Notes under the pieces: model-generated | The model's input: only the letters and a program-made list of their open reading frames with translations | What the model was told of the DNA's origin: nothing | The model's database searches: none | Source of the DNA: Chrysomallon squamiferum | Lineage: Eukaryota > Animalia > Mollusca | Length of the DNA: 64,000 bases | Direction: 5' to 3' | Assembly: GCA_012295275.1 (NCBI GenBank) | Contig: CM022668.1 | Location: 744,001-808,000 of the forward strand | Shown here: piece after piece, positions 36,051-49,663 of the stretch | Position numbering within the stretch: position 1 is the first letter of the stretch | Layout: the number at the start of each line of letters is the position of its first letter | Program-made: the position numbers and the translations under genes

Positions 36051-37885
36051 CTTGAAATGTCATGCGTTATGTGGAGATTTCAACACTGCATTAATTCTGC
36101 ACAGATAGACACAACTGATTATATATTAGTTTTTATTTTGTAAACTATATTTCTAATACACGTGTTTTTATTACTTAACCTGAAATATCCAAGCACATTA
36201 AGCAGTTTAATCTTAGAAGGGTGATTTTGTTCAGTAGAACTAATTTGTGATATATTAAAAACAAAATTAAAAATGTTTTTGTTATTTATGTTTATTGTTT
36301 CTTCTCAACATCAAAATTTGAAATAAAACTAACAGAAAAAAGTAGTTAATTGTAATGTTTTAATGACTTACTTTATTTTATATAAAACTTTTATTTTAAA
36401 CAATATTTATTCAATGTAGGGACTGACAGACAGGCAGAAATATATTGTAACAGGATCTTTTCTTTTTAATCTATGGATACCTTTGTATCATATTAATAAT
36501 GTTTGTTAAACCAGTCATTAAACAATAATAAGCAACTTTCAGCCACTATTAACCCAGTATGAAGTTAACTTAAGATCTAGACATAAAACATTTAACATGA
36601 ATTCATATATCCAAAACAAAATAATACATTGTGTCAAAATATCATGACTTTTATTTTATGGACTGAAAATACAGAGTAAATTTTTTTTAGTCCAAAAGTC
36701 CATTCTGCTAAGAATGCGTAATAATTTCAAAATTCTTGTTTTTTAAATGTTCATTGTATGGGTTTTTTTGGCTGTAATCAGAATTTATTCATGCATTTCC
36801 TAGTGCTGTTCATTTAAAATCAGATGGCATATGATTATTTTAGACACATGTTGATCATAATACATGCCTCCAGAAATACAGCAGCATAAGCTTTAAATAA
36901 CCCAGCAAATCCTTTAGTCCCATCTCTCAGATTTTTGAGAAAGTTATTCCTGCACAGTGTGTCCCACTTCCCACTCTAATTCTGCTTCTTAATCATAATT
37001 CAGATTTGATATAAGCTGAATCAAAGCATTTTAATAAATATATTAATAACAGATGTTAATTCTGTATATTGAAATCAAGGTGTAGTTTCTAAATGTTGTT
37101 TCAGAAGAAAAAACTAAAAATGGATTTGACATGTCATTTTTTATGAAAAATATATTTTGTCAAACCTAAAACTATTTGTTAAAAAAGGATTATTTAATGT
37201 TTAATTTAATGAAGGATCACTACAGAATAGGCTTAATAACAAATAAGTAACATTTAGTTAAATAATAACAAGAAAGTCGATGTCTGCAGGTTTTATTTCC
37301 TGTATCTGAATAAAATGTTACAAGTGTTACTTTTTCTGTTTTAATTTGCCTGTCATTAACAATCATTAAAAATGAATTAATTGAGCAAGATATACAAAAG
37401 AATAAATTTTGTGTAACAAAAATTAAAAGCAGTTTGTAACAGAATATTAAAATGGCTCTCTGGCATCAGTTTCATATTCTTATAAATAATTCATATTCTT
37501 TGCACGTGGATAAATTGTTGTGACAGACAGTTAACCGGTGCCTTGACATGACAGTCTAGCTTTGTAAAAAAAAACAGAGCAAAAGTATACTGAAAAAGAA
37601 TTCCACAAAGTGAATGATGTTTTATATCAGCTCACTCTATGTTGTTTAAAAATCCATTCACTAAGATGGTGCTGTAGATTCTGTAAGTAGCTTCTCTCTG
37701 TCACAATATAGTAACTGATGTACATATCAAATCATTGCCATGTATATCAAGTATGTCATGTCTTTGACATGAACTATGCTAGTGACATGTAGTTAGTTGC
37801 AGAATGTCACTTTATATCACCATCGTGTATTAGCCATGTGATCCATATCACTGATGCGGTTGTTTCAGCAGGTTCTATCTCACTG

Positions 37886-40800
37886 TCACGTTGTTGCAGG
37901 TGCTATCAGTTTCTGGGCTTCAGCTCGGATGACATTGATAACATCTTGGTTTATAAGAAATATAAACCGGAGACAGGAAATCTAATAAAATAAAAATACC
38001 AATCATAAGCACACTCAGTGCCCCATCCTAGTAATCAAATTGCTTTTCAAACAGATGAACGTAGCATATTGTAACTAGCTGAGATTAAATGGTGAAAACT
38101 GATGCAGATTTTTTGAACCACAGCTTCATGAGAACAAATATGATTATTGAGGCATATATTATTTCCAAATGAATATAAATTAAAAGAAATTTTTCCCACA
38201 ATATTTTAAGATTTAAAGGTCTCGAACATACTGTTTTGGTTTGTGTTTTTCTAATAAACTACTCTTTGAATGATCATGTTCTCTCTCCTAACCACAGACA
38301 TACAACCTCCCCAGTTACTGACGTCATTTCAAACATCTACACTTACCTCTACCACTGAGTTGTTGTACAGTTTCTGCTTGTTTCCAGCAAGAACTGGTTT
38401 CCCATCAATGAAGATTGGACGTTTTCCCTCATTTGCAATGAAGAAATCTCCGTTGTTTCTCAGTTTTATGACACCCTGTCGACGTGAGATTTTCCAGGCA
38501 GGTCCTTCCAGAGACAAATCAACATCAATCTGATTGTCTTTAGTTGCCCGACCTAGTGTGATCTGAAAACAGTAACATACATCTAATGACCTAATGCTGT
38601 GTTTAAAACAATATAATGTTTTATCAGAAAAGTCAACTGTAACAGAAATAGATAGGAAATACAAATATGTGACATGCAGTTCTCTGCAGGTAAAACAAAA
38701 TTTCAGTTTATAAACGTGACTCTTAGTCTAAGGGAGATAACTTACCTCTCGGGACCTCATCAAGTACCTGACAAGTCGACCTCTGAGTACAGCCAGAGTC
38801 TGATTGTCAAAGTCTGGGGGACTGATTCCTAAACAAAAATTAAAAATTGAGACACTGTCAATGTCAATTCTCATCAAACCCCTTTATACTGTCACCCATA
38901 TCTGACAATTTTTATGCAACCCAAATATATAGTCACCCTTATTTGACAACATTTGTGTACTGTCAGAACTATATTCTGTCACCTTATTCAACAACCCTGT
39001 TTTTATTGTTACAATCACTGTAACCACATTATTATACTGTCACCTCTTTGAGATTCCTCTTTATACTGTGACAATAATTTTCTTTACTTTTCCCATTATT
39101 TCACAATCTCTTCATATATATACTTTAACACAACTCTATTTGCAGGTACACCTACTTGTACCATTTTCATTATTGTTTCCAAATATCAACACAGATAATT
39201 AAATAATATCTACTTTATTAAATTATATGTTCCAAGATAATTATCAATACTACAATACTCTATTTGCTCCATTAATAGTTTCATTCCCATTGTATTAAAA
39301 TTATTAAAAAGTAAAAACCTACCTGTAACACTGTCGACCAAAACCTGCCATTTTGGTAGTTCCTGCTCCAAGTGACGAATTTCTCGTTTGTTTCGTCTAT
39401 CAGCAATGTCTAACTCTAAAATCATGTTTACAATTCAGTTTTAAAATCAATCCTACAAAACTATAAGTTACCCTAAAATTGAAACTAGTAAATAAAATTT
39501 GAAATCAAACTTGGAAAATAAACAACTTCAAGTATCAAAAGCGTAAATTAAAAAGATATATTAAAGTTTTTAACCCAATCTTACCATAAAATACTGTTAC
39601 AGATTCTAAAAATTGAAAAAATGTATTACTTTGAAATGTTAAATTTATTTAGACAGGAATATATTAAACTGTTTAAAAATTAATTCTGGATAAGTTTTTT
39701 CATCAATCTAGAAAATAATATTACAGTAAATACTTTGTAAAATTTACCTTGTTCTACACTGTTATCTGTTCCATCTCTGTAAAACAAATAAAACAAATAG
39801 AACACACCAAACAATTTTCTATCAACTTAATTCACTGTAAAAATATAAAGTTATTACAGAAAATTTAAAAAGAAAAAGCTATTAAGTTATTAGAAAAAAT
39901 GTAAAAAGAAAAAGCTATTAAAGTTATTCAGTTATTACCTACATGACTAAGAAATTAACTACTAATTAAATACCATTAAGAACATAGCTGTTACTTGCTC
40001 TGACAGTAAAATTATCACTGGAGCTAAATGTAAAAAATATAAAGTTTAGTAAGAAAATGTTAAGTTATTACTTTATTTAATTAAGTATAAAAAAGGTAAA
40101 ATTATTACTTAAGTTCATCGTCATTCATCATGTCCTCAGCATCCGACAGGTTCAGTACATGATCTCCTCGCGGCATTGGCTGAACTGAAACAGGAAAGTA
40201 ACAAATATAAACAACAGCACACTCACACCTCACAAACCAGAATGTCACAGAATGTAACCATGAAATAACAATTAAATGGAAGGAGGATACAGATGGAAAG
40301 ATGTTTGAATGGATGAGTCAGTTAACCTGATTGGTCAGGAAGCAGATGGTATTGTTTCATCAGCAGCCAGTGGTTGTGCAGTGCTTTGGCAGTGCGAGCT
40401 GGATGGAAAACCTGTGGATGTTCTCTTAACAAGTCCTGGAACACATCCATGGTGGGCTGTGGTTGTGTGTTCTGTAAATTAACATAAATCAGTAAATAGC
40501 TTCTTAAGAAATATGAGGGTTTTCTGTTCGCCTGTGTAGCAATGAATTAAATGTATTTCTCATTATTTATAATAACACATTAAATGATAGTTTTAACAAA
40601 GAAACCTAAACTATTAAAATTTGCATTTATAGAAGAAAATAAATAAACTTACTGATGGAATTTTACCAAGTAAATTTTCTTCATTTTTACTGTACAAAGC
40701 CTTTGCCTGGATTGCCACACACACCTCAGGGTGAAGCATTTTCATTGTCTGTATAGACAATCTGAAACAAAACAATAAACATATTCACTTTCAAAACAAC

Positions 40801-43524
40801 AATAATATTTTATTATCTTCACAAACAGTTGAAAACATTCAGTTTAACTAGTTTGTTAGTTATGGGTGAGTGTGTGCACACACACGCACAATCACACACA
40901 CACACACACACACACACACATTTATATTGTCTGATTAGTCCAAATGAAAGATAATATCTTACTTTGAGACTGTAGGGTCATAGAGCAGAGCATACCATCT
41001 TTCCTGAATTTCTTTCAGTGTGAACTGACTAGAAAACTTCACTGCCAAATGTACACCACTCAAATCATTTGTCTATAGGAAAAAAATAACATATATAATC
41101 TTAATTTTAATTTTAAAACAACAACATGTAATGTGAAGTGACTGGAATAGATCATTAGCTTATTTTTCAATATATTTTTTTAAAATTACACTTAATTCAT
41201 TTATTTACAATAATAAATTAACAAATATTTAGAGATGAGTAAATAGTAATTTCTAAATGTAAGTAACTCAAATTTTTAACAATAAAATCATATAGGTTTG
41301 TCAGTATATAGAAAGATAATGTGCTTCTTTGTTTTTATATGCAAGTTAACAAAATGAAAACAAAATAAAACTCACTTGCTGTATTGCTGTTATCAAGGCA
41401 AGATCATCCTGTGGCTTCCATCGACTCAGATCTTTGTTAGATGCTGCTGGAGTTGACTGTATTAACCAACAATTCATTACATTACAATTTTTTTTAATAA
41501 AATAATTCATTATATTATAATTTTGCAATTTTTTTAATAAAATAATTCATTATATGGAACAGCATTTTCTCCTCATAACAGAACAGCATTTTTGTTTATT
41601 TATCCATGATAATAAACTAAAATGTTGATATTTTTAACCAGAATTCACCAATCTATTTACATTATTAGTGAATAGCTCATGATCCAGATCAGATGTGACA
41701 TTATGGATATATTTTAAATGAATCAGACATTTCAAGAATTTGTGACATTATTATTATTATATAACACACTTCCTGTTTATACTTCAGTTTTATATTGCAT
41801 GTTTTTATACTCGTATACCATCTTTCACAATTTTTGTGTTTGTATTTTACAAGTTTTATTTGTTTTACACTTTTGTTGTCGTATTTATATTACAAAATAT
41901 TATATCTGTGTTTTGTAATCTATACTTCATTTGTTTATACTCACTTTTTGTCTCTTTGATCTCTTTGATTTACTTGACTGTGGAGAAGAACAAAGACAAA
42001 CTTTCACAATAACTTTAGTTTTAAATAACAAATGTGTAACAATTGTTTTCAATAATAATCTTTTAAAAATAATTACAATTAATAATTAACATTTATTCTG
42101 TTTATTAAAATGGCAATAGACAGTCTAGAATTTGTTACTATTACAAGTTCTTAATACTTTGTATAGAAATATACATGTACAAGCAAATATATTTTCAAAA
42201 TATATTGTCATGTTTTGTGATAAAATATTAAACTGTTTACCTTTTTCTTTGAAAATGATTTTTTTTCAACTAATTCCTGAAAGACAAAAGATAATAAAAA
42301 ATATAATACTCCAGTTTATATATTTATAAAATGTTATTTATAGTCACACCTAGTACCTACATTTAACTTAAAGCTAATTTACTGTAGATCATAATTTATA
42401 TTTATTCTTCCAAGATATAACATTTCTCTCATTAAGCTGTTTGGATTTAGTCACATAGCAGTGACAATTTAAACAGAGTATATTCAACATGATAATGTAA
42501 ACATAACAATATGTAAATAAAATATACATGAAACTATTGTAATAAAACATACTTCACAACACAATATATAAGTGTACTTTGTGAGTTTCTGGTTGTGTTT
42601 TTCTTCTTGTTGCTAATAACTTAAATAACATATATTTATAACAATTTTAAGAAATTTAACCTTTTTAATTTTTTTTTCTGGAGCAGGAGCCACTGGAATC
42701 TTTTTCTCTGCTATTTTCTTTTCAACTGGTTTCTTTTCTTCTTTTTTTTCCACCTCTTTCTTCTCCTCTGGTTTAGGAGCAGGAATTTCAGTGATTACCT
42801 TCTCCTTCTCCTTTTCTCCTAACAAGACTGGGTGAAGTGGAGGTGGACGAATGCGACCTCTCTCTGTTTTCAGCAGACTGCTTTCAACTACTTCATCATC
42901 AAACTTCTTTCTTTTGATTGACCTAGAGATATATTTCAAACAAAATACCATGTCCTAGATATATTATTGTATAAAGTTATATATTCTCATATATGTGAAT
43001 TCAAGTCAAATTTGTGTTAAATAAAAATAGTGTACATTTATAAATGTATATCATCCATTTATATGTGGTGTATGTGAGGTTTATCTGACAAGAAACACTT
43101 AAAAGAACTTTTCATATTACTAAAGAAAACTAGAACCCATTTAAAAAATATGACATAGTTTTATATAATACCATTACTGGTGCTCTAATTACAGACTGAT
43201 ATATTTCTATTTATAATTATCCTATTTGTGAGTATTTAAAACAATACAGATATTAACAAGTAAGAGAATAGTGATGTGTACATTACCTAGTGGAGCTACG
43301 TCGTGTTGGAATAAGTTCCCGGGGATCAACTGTTGGCATTCTACGAGGTTTCACTGCTGATGTGGGTGTAGAAGCTGCCGTCACAGTGACAGGAACTGAG
43401 GCTGGTGATGTAAAGTTGTGAGTTGTTGAAATTTTTGCTGGCGATTTTGTTAATCTCGCTATTAATGGTGACTCAGCAGAAATGGATTTGACTGGGTCTG
43501 TAAAGTGAAATTTATAACATCTAC

Positions 43525-43602
<78 letters not shown>

Positions 43603-43891
43603 TTCTTCTTTTCTTTTTAATGGGGTATGGATTATATTATTGTTGAAAGTTTGTGATGTTAGAAGCAATATACGTTACTGCTGTACACTCACCGGGAGCA
43701 GCAAACAACATTGGCCTTGGTAGCTGGTTTGCAATTTGTGGTGTACTTTGCAATGCAGATACAAGAGACGGAGAAAATATTGGTGATGTTTCTGTTCGTT
43801 TCTCGTTTTCAGCAACAGTCTGTGCAAGACTTTGAGGTGGAGCATTTTCCGTACTTTCAAGTTTATCTTCTGATCGAACAGAATCAGCCAT
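37886..43891 (-). CDS. MCRS1: Microspherule protein 1 (FHA domain; NSL/INO80 complex subunit), 14 exons, about 580 aa
   Basis: Minus-strand exons: 43693-43891, 43287-43497, 42661-42922, 41945-41977, 41376-41456, 40963-41072, 40653-40761, 40327-40471, 40109-40184, 39748-39776, 39323-39415, 38746-38828, 38347-38562, 37886-37981 (1743 nt). Motifs RSIKRKKFDDE.VESSL, RWKP.DDL.LI, ERWYALLYDP, DFDNQTLAVLRGRLVRYLMRSREITLGRATKDNQIDVDLSLEGPAWKISRRQG. Confidence 0.96.
43527..43601. repeat. (TAT)n microsatellite in MCRS1 intron 1
   Basis: Direct reading. Confidence 0.95.
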
Positions 43892-43939
43892 TTCAGAAGA
43901 AGAAAACAAAAATTTATTTATCAATTTTTTTTCAATAAA

Positions 43940-44000
43940 AACAACGCCATTATAAGTTAAAGCGGAAGTACTATAAAAGTATGAATTATACTTCCGGTCA
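43940..44000 (-). promoter_or_regulatory. Probable MCRS1 housekeeping promoter / 5'UTR motifs (ETS-like, YY1-like)
   Basis: CGCCATT 43945-43951, GCGGAAGT 43962-43969 and ACTTCCGG 43990-43997, all within 110 bp of the ATG. Motif match only. Confidence 0.35.
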
Positions 44001-44599
44001 ATGAAACGAAAACTGAAAATTAAAGACGTGTATTCATTAGACAAAATACAGTTCCTACATTATTTTATTATTGTTGTTTATTATTATCTACAGAAAATCA
44101 AATTAATCCTCTACAAATAATAATAATAACAAATAAATATGTATACATACACAGACATTCACATAGACAAACATACCACACGTGCGTATATTATAGAAAT
44201 ATATAGATCTAGATACGCTGTGTCATTCTAAATAAATGTATTCAAAACAGAAACAAATTAGAGCTTGGTGTTCCTAATAATAATGCTTCATGCCACCATC
44301 GGCAGAAACGGAAAACAAATGAAAAAGATATGTATTTATTCTTTATATTTAGTATATTTGTGATTTCTGTAAAACTTGGGTTTTTAGACGAAATCAGTCC
44401 AAACTGAATCATCTTCTGCTTTGACGACAGGTTAAGATTTGCTTAAAAGTGTAAATTTGCTTTGACCCTGGTATGGCTGGCTGTACGAAATATCTGTGAA
44501 CTAAAATCAGTACGTATAATTTTTCAGTAACTGTAATTAACTTGTAAGTACTACCAGCAAAAAAAAACCCCAACAAAACAATGTTTATTAAGAATTAAT

Positions 44600-44702
44600 C
44601 CACACCCATACATATAAACACACAAACAAACACACACACACAAACACACACACACATACACACACACACAAACATACACATACACACACACAAACACACA
44701 CA

Positions 44703-44762
<60 letters not shown>

Positions 44763-44832
44763 TACACACGCACATACAAACACACACACACATACACACG
44801 CACATACAAACACACACACATACATACACACA

Positions 44833-44886
<54 letters not shown>

Positions 44887-44912
44887 CACACACACACAAA
44901 CACACACCACAC
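44600..44912. repeat. Long imperfect (CA)n microsatellite
   Basis: Direct reading. Confidence 0.95.
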
Positions 44913-47000
44913 ATGCGTATAGAAAACATATAAATAATAAAATGACAAATAAAAGAGCATATATATCATTGTTTAAAATCAATCCCCTATTTTGTACCTA
45001 GATCCGCTCTTGTCATCAGGACGGAAGTTGCCTCCAGTGACTGGCCTACGTAACGACGTTTGAGAGGACAAACATTTCCCGTTACAAGTTAGTCACTCTT
45101 TTTCTACACAAGCTGCAGTCGTGCGTTTCCAGCAGTGTCCCCGCTTTAACTCAGCGACTGCGTGATGGGTCATCAGCTCAGACCATCTAATTATTTCCCG
45201 TTCCAACAGATCCGTTGTATGTAGTGGCTTTTTGTGGAAAATAATTTATAATGATAAAATTGATAGATTCTGTTAAACTATTGTAGATATACCAAATAAT
45301 CAATATTTTGTATACAATAAACAATGACAAGACTACTAAAGGATTTCGTTGTCGCGTTTTTTCATGTTTTTATTATATTATATTATATTATATTATATTA
45401 TATTATATTTCAGTATTTCATGTACAAATTTAATTTTAAAAATATTTTTACTTAAATTATTTCACTGCAAATGTTCTGACACTTATCATTGGTACTCTTT
45501 TCCATGCCTAAACAAAGAACGTGCTTTTTTAAAAGAAAGAATTGAAAATGTACCACAAAAAGAAGTCAAAGTGAAACACAAACTTACATCTCAGATAAGA
45601 GCTGACCTCCGCCAACCTCCTTACATGTGTGCGATCACGTGACTACAAGACAGCGAGGACGAAATTTGATATGAGACAAGTGGCAGTACAAAGACGTCAT
45701 TTAGAGACTTTGGTAAGTTTTATATTTTATCATACAACACATCGTTTTAAGTTAAATATTCCTTTTAAGTTGTCATTATTGCAGTAGTTACATTTTCTTA
45801 GAACTTTTAATATTATTATTTCTGTCAGAGCGCGAATTTATTTAAATTTTAATGAAGAAAAGTGTGAGAAAACTCTCAGGAAATATGACACGAAGAAAAT
45901 TTGAAAATCCTACAGCCAAAGTCGTCCAGTAATTATCCCACGCTTTCAGTCATATCCTATTTTCTTCTTCTGTTTGTTTTTTCCTTTCTTGCGTTCATCT
46001 TTGTCGTTAAGATTTTATAAAGAGATGACGATGATGTCGTGGTATGTAGGGAAAAAATTAATTTAATTTTATATAGTAATTTTAAGGTTGATTTATCATT
46101 GATTTATCATCATTCTAGATTAATTGTTCAGAAAACGAGACACCACATATTCATTTTTAAATACAAATGTCTACTAGGGGAATGGTCAAAAGTTCTGAAG
46201 TCTACCCTCCTTATTCTTTAGAAGATTGCTTTTTCTTTTCTTTAGTAACTTTTAAACTTTATCCATAAATGCTATAAACATTTTTGTTTAATTGTAGTAT
46301 TATTATTATTGTTTTTTTTTTTTTTTTTTTTGGTTTTAATGGCCAGTTATGAACGATAAACATGATTATAATCAAATTTATTTAATTAAATATTTATATT
46401 ATAATAAAAAAAAAGTAATAAATAAAACAAATATATTAAAATAGTTATTGAGAAATTTTGAAAAAATGTATTATAATTATAAATATAGATTTTTTTAATA
46501 TAAGTATAACAAATATATTTAAATAGCTGTTAAAGGTATTTACATTGCTAACAACACAGTAATTAACTATTACAAATGTATTTAAATAGTTATTACATTA
46601 TTTTATGTTATAACAAAGTAGTAATTAATAATAAATTTATAAAAATAAAAAATAAATAAAAAATACCAAAATAGGTACAAATATAATAACAGTAAAAGTG
46701 ACGGTGAATTAAGGAGAATTTTTTTTTTTTTATTGTTTTGTAAAACGTTCTGATTAAGTAATTGTAATACTCCGTTTTACACAGCCTTGTATTCGATGTA
46801 CTGGTGGAAAATGAGTGGAAGTGCTCTAGGAGTGGTTTAAGCTAATTAGCGACAAGTTGTACGTATTGCAGTTTTAACTGGGGCGCTGACTAACAACCGA
46901 AACTTTCTACAGCTATCGTCACGTTGGTGATGTCCGCCACGCGCAGTATGATGTCATAGAAAAAGCTGTGTTTAATTTGTCAGCGCTGCTGTTCTCTCAC

Positions 47001-47039
<39 letters not shown>

Positions 47040-47371
47040 CACACACGAAAAGTTTTATTTCTCATCGCCTTCAGATGGGTGCCACACGTTCGAGTCTGGT
47101 TAGCGGCATCTGACATTTGTAACTGGACAGGGTTTTAATGTGCCACTGCATTCCCGAAAATTGTCTATGTGCAGCCTAATACGAAAATTCGCCAACATAC
47201 ATTCCCAAATACACGTCTGCCAGTTCCATGTTCCCCATAGAAATAAATGCCAAAATAAAGACGAAGGCACAAACACATCATCCTTATTAGCATGTGATTA
47301 TTGCCATCGGTTACTGAGCAACTTTTTGTGATGTTGTCTCGTCTCCCCCTACTGAGTGCATGTATATTGTA

Positions 47372-47373
<2 letters not shown>

Positions 47374-47435
<62 letters not shown>
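47374..47435. repeat. (CT)n microsatellite
   Basis: Direct reading. Confidence 0.95.
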
Positions 47436-47438
<3 letters not shown>

Positions 47439-48589
47439 TTTAACGAATGGGAATAACAATATTAAAGATTTAAATGTATAAGTGAAATATTTAATCAAAT
47501 CGTTAACCAAATAAAATATAGAATAATTGTTCTTCAGTATTATAATTAATCACTGTGTAAAAATATAATCTTGTATGTATGTTTGTATATATGTATGTAT
47601 TTGTTTGTGTATGTGTATGTGTATATGTATATGTATATGTATATGTAAGTATATATATGTGTCTTTGCGTGCGTTTGTATTTATTTTTGTTCACGTATGT
47701 GCGTTACAAAATAAGCTGTAGATTATAGAAAATTTAATTGCTTTCGACCAGAACCGCCATTGTGTGAGTTTAGCTGAAGTCGGTCACGTGCTGGCCTCTG
47801 CCATGTGTAGGTCGGATGTCGCCCCCCCCATCCCATCATCAGAGTTTGGTATCAGTGTCAGGTTATGACTTGTTTCCCACCATATGTTTACAGATCACGT
47901 GATCGGTCAGTCACGCTGCGTCAGTTCTTGAATATATTAAAACAGTAATTACCATGTCGCCTTGGTAACATATTAACTGCAATTAGCTTTCTGTTCTAAT
48001 TTTTGTGTCAGAAGATAAAAACAAAAATGCGTTGTTTACGTCATTTATTAATATAATTATTTCAGTAACATTAATCTGTTGATCCGGAAAGAGTTGAGAG
48101 CGTATCGAAAAACCGTGTTAGAAACTTTAGCAGTTTTCTCAATCTATGAACGATTCGATGAAACAAAATAATTTATAATAGATGTAATTGTATTAAATAG
48201 GTTCGAAATTAAATTTTTATAGATGTAAATTATAATAGACGTGAATTAATATTTTATAGATATAATATAATGAGTTAATTTAAAAATAATTATAATATCA
48301 ATTAATTGTAATAAGTTCGAATATTATAATAAAGAAAAAATAACGAAATTGTATCAGTACCCTAAAATTTATCAACATCATCGTAATTATGTCAAAGTTT
48401 ATGGCGTTTACATTATGCAAATGTTGAGGAGAACCTCTACAACTACTACGATAAATTAACGCAGAGATGTTTTACACGCAGCTGACAAGAAAGCACGAAC
48501 CACGATCTTTGATAAACAAGTCATGGAACATTACTGTAATGGAAACATCTCTATCTCATCATTATCTTAATATGTGAACAGTGTCACAG

Positions 48590-48740
48590 AGCGGGGCGGA
48601 TACAGGATTTCAGGATTGGTGGAGGAATAATCATAAGTCTTTAAGTATAAAGATAATGATATGACCAAAACATTCGAGGGGTGTGGCACGCCAGTTGCAA
48701 AAAATGGCGGGTGCACTGTCGTGAATCCCGTATTTGCATC
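48590..48740. mobile_element. Degenerate short DNA-transposon-like element (GGGGCGGATACAGGATTT left end)
   Basis: End motif resembles common CAGGGGCGGATCCAGGATTT-type MITE termini; a matching right-end-like CTAGATCCGCTCTTG occurs at about 44998-45012. Weak. Confidence 0.3.
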
Positions 48741-49663
48741 ACAGTATAGGCGGTCAACGAGTCCATTGTTTACATCTTACGTCAGATTACTCATCATCAC
48801 GTGGTTCCAGATGTTTTTATTTCAGAAATGGATCCATGTCATGTAATTTATGCAAAGATACAGCCAAGCTTGTGTTTAAATATTTTTTATTATATATCGT
48901 TTGTTACAAGATTGCGCCCAGATTTTGTCAAATCCTGGAACCACTCCTGTGGAAAAGGAATCTTCAAAGACAATCGACTAAATTTATTAACATTTTTCTC
49001 TGGTATTTGACACTCTATGCCGACATCATGCTGAAATAAACAGCATACATATATATATATATATATCCATTTAATATATATATATATATATATATCCATT
49101 TAACATAAATTATATCAGGGAAATAAATGTAAAACTGATATTTAAAGTTAGTTCATAAACTATTATAAAATAAAATGACATATAAATAAATCATAATTAA
49201 TATGATTATTTCAGTATCAAATTAAATGCTGCTCTGTGGGTACAGGACAAACATAAAATGAACAGTGGTTTTAAGTATTTATAATATTTTATTTATATTC
49301 CACACAAAACCATTTCCACGTGTTCACGAATACGCCTGCTCAAGCGTGACGGGGTCAAAGTTGAAAGCAAGCCTTTGTTGATTTTAGTCACGTGGTATAG
49401 AAAATGAATGTGTTTCCTCTTTGTTTGTCAACTCTGTGATAAATTGTACTCTTCTGTTTCAGTTAGCAGACGATTTTTGAAAGAGAGGACATCAGATCCA
49501 AGCAAAATTCGGATAAAATTAAATTTTGGTGTGAACCTTGAACATTGAAAACGAAATCTGCAAGTGGTTGGAGACACGTAGAGATGTGGTGAATAGAATT
49601 TTGAAATTGTGGCGGGATCAAGCACGCCAGCTGTGAAGATATCAACTTCGTTAACACTGAAAC

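Noticed and set aside
42560-42612. Possible extra MCRS1 exon just downstream of exon 3
   Set aside because: Would need an intron of about 48 nt and has a weak donor; the model is in frame without it.
44551-44982. CVCVCV-rich ORFs (also poly-Y 2512-2733 and poly-N/poly-L 43462-43723)
   Set aside because: Translations of microsatellites.
45671-45712. ATG-initiated 14-codon exon as the innexin coding first exon
   Set aside because: Ends in phase 0 while the main exon needs phase 2; direct splicing gives an early stop.
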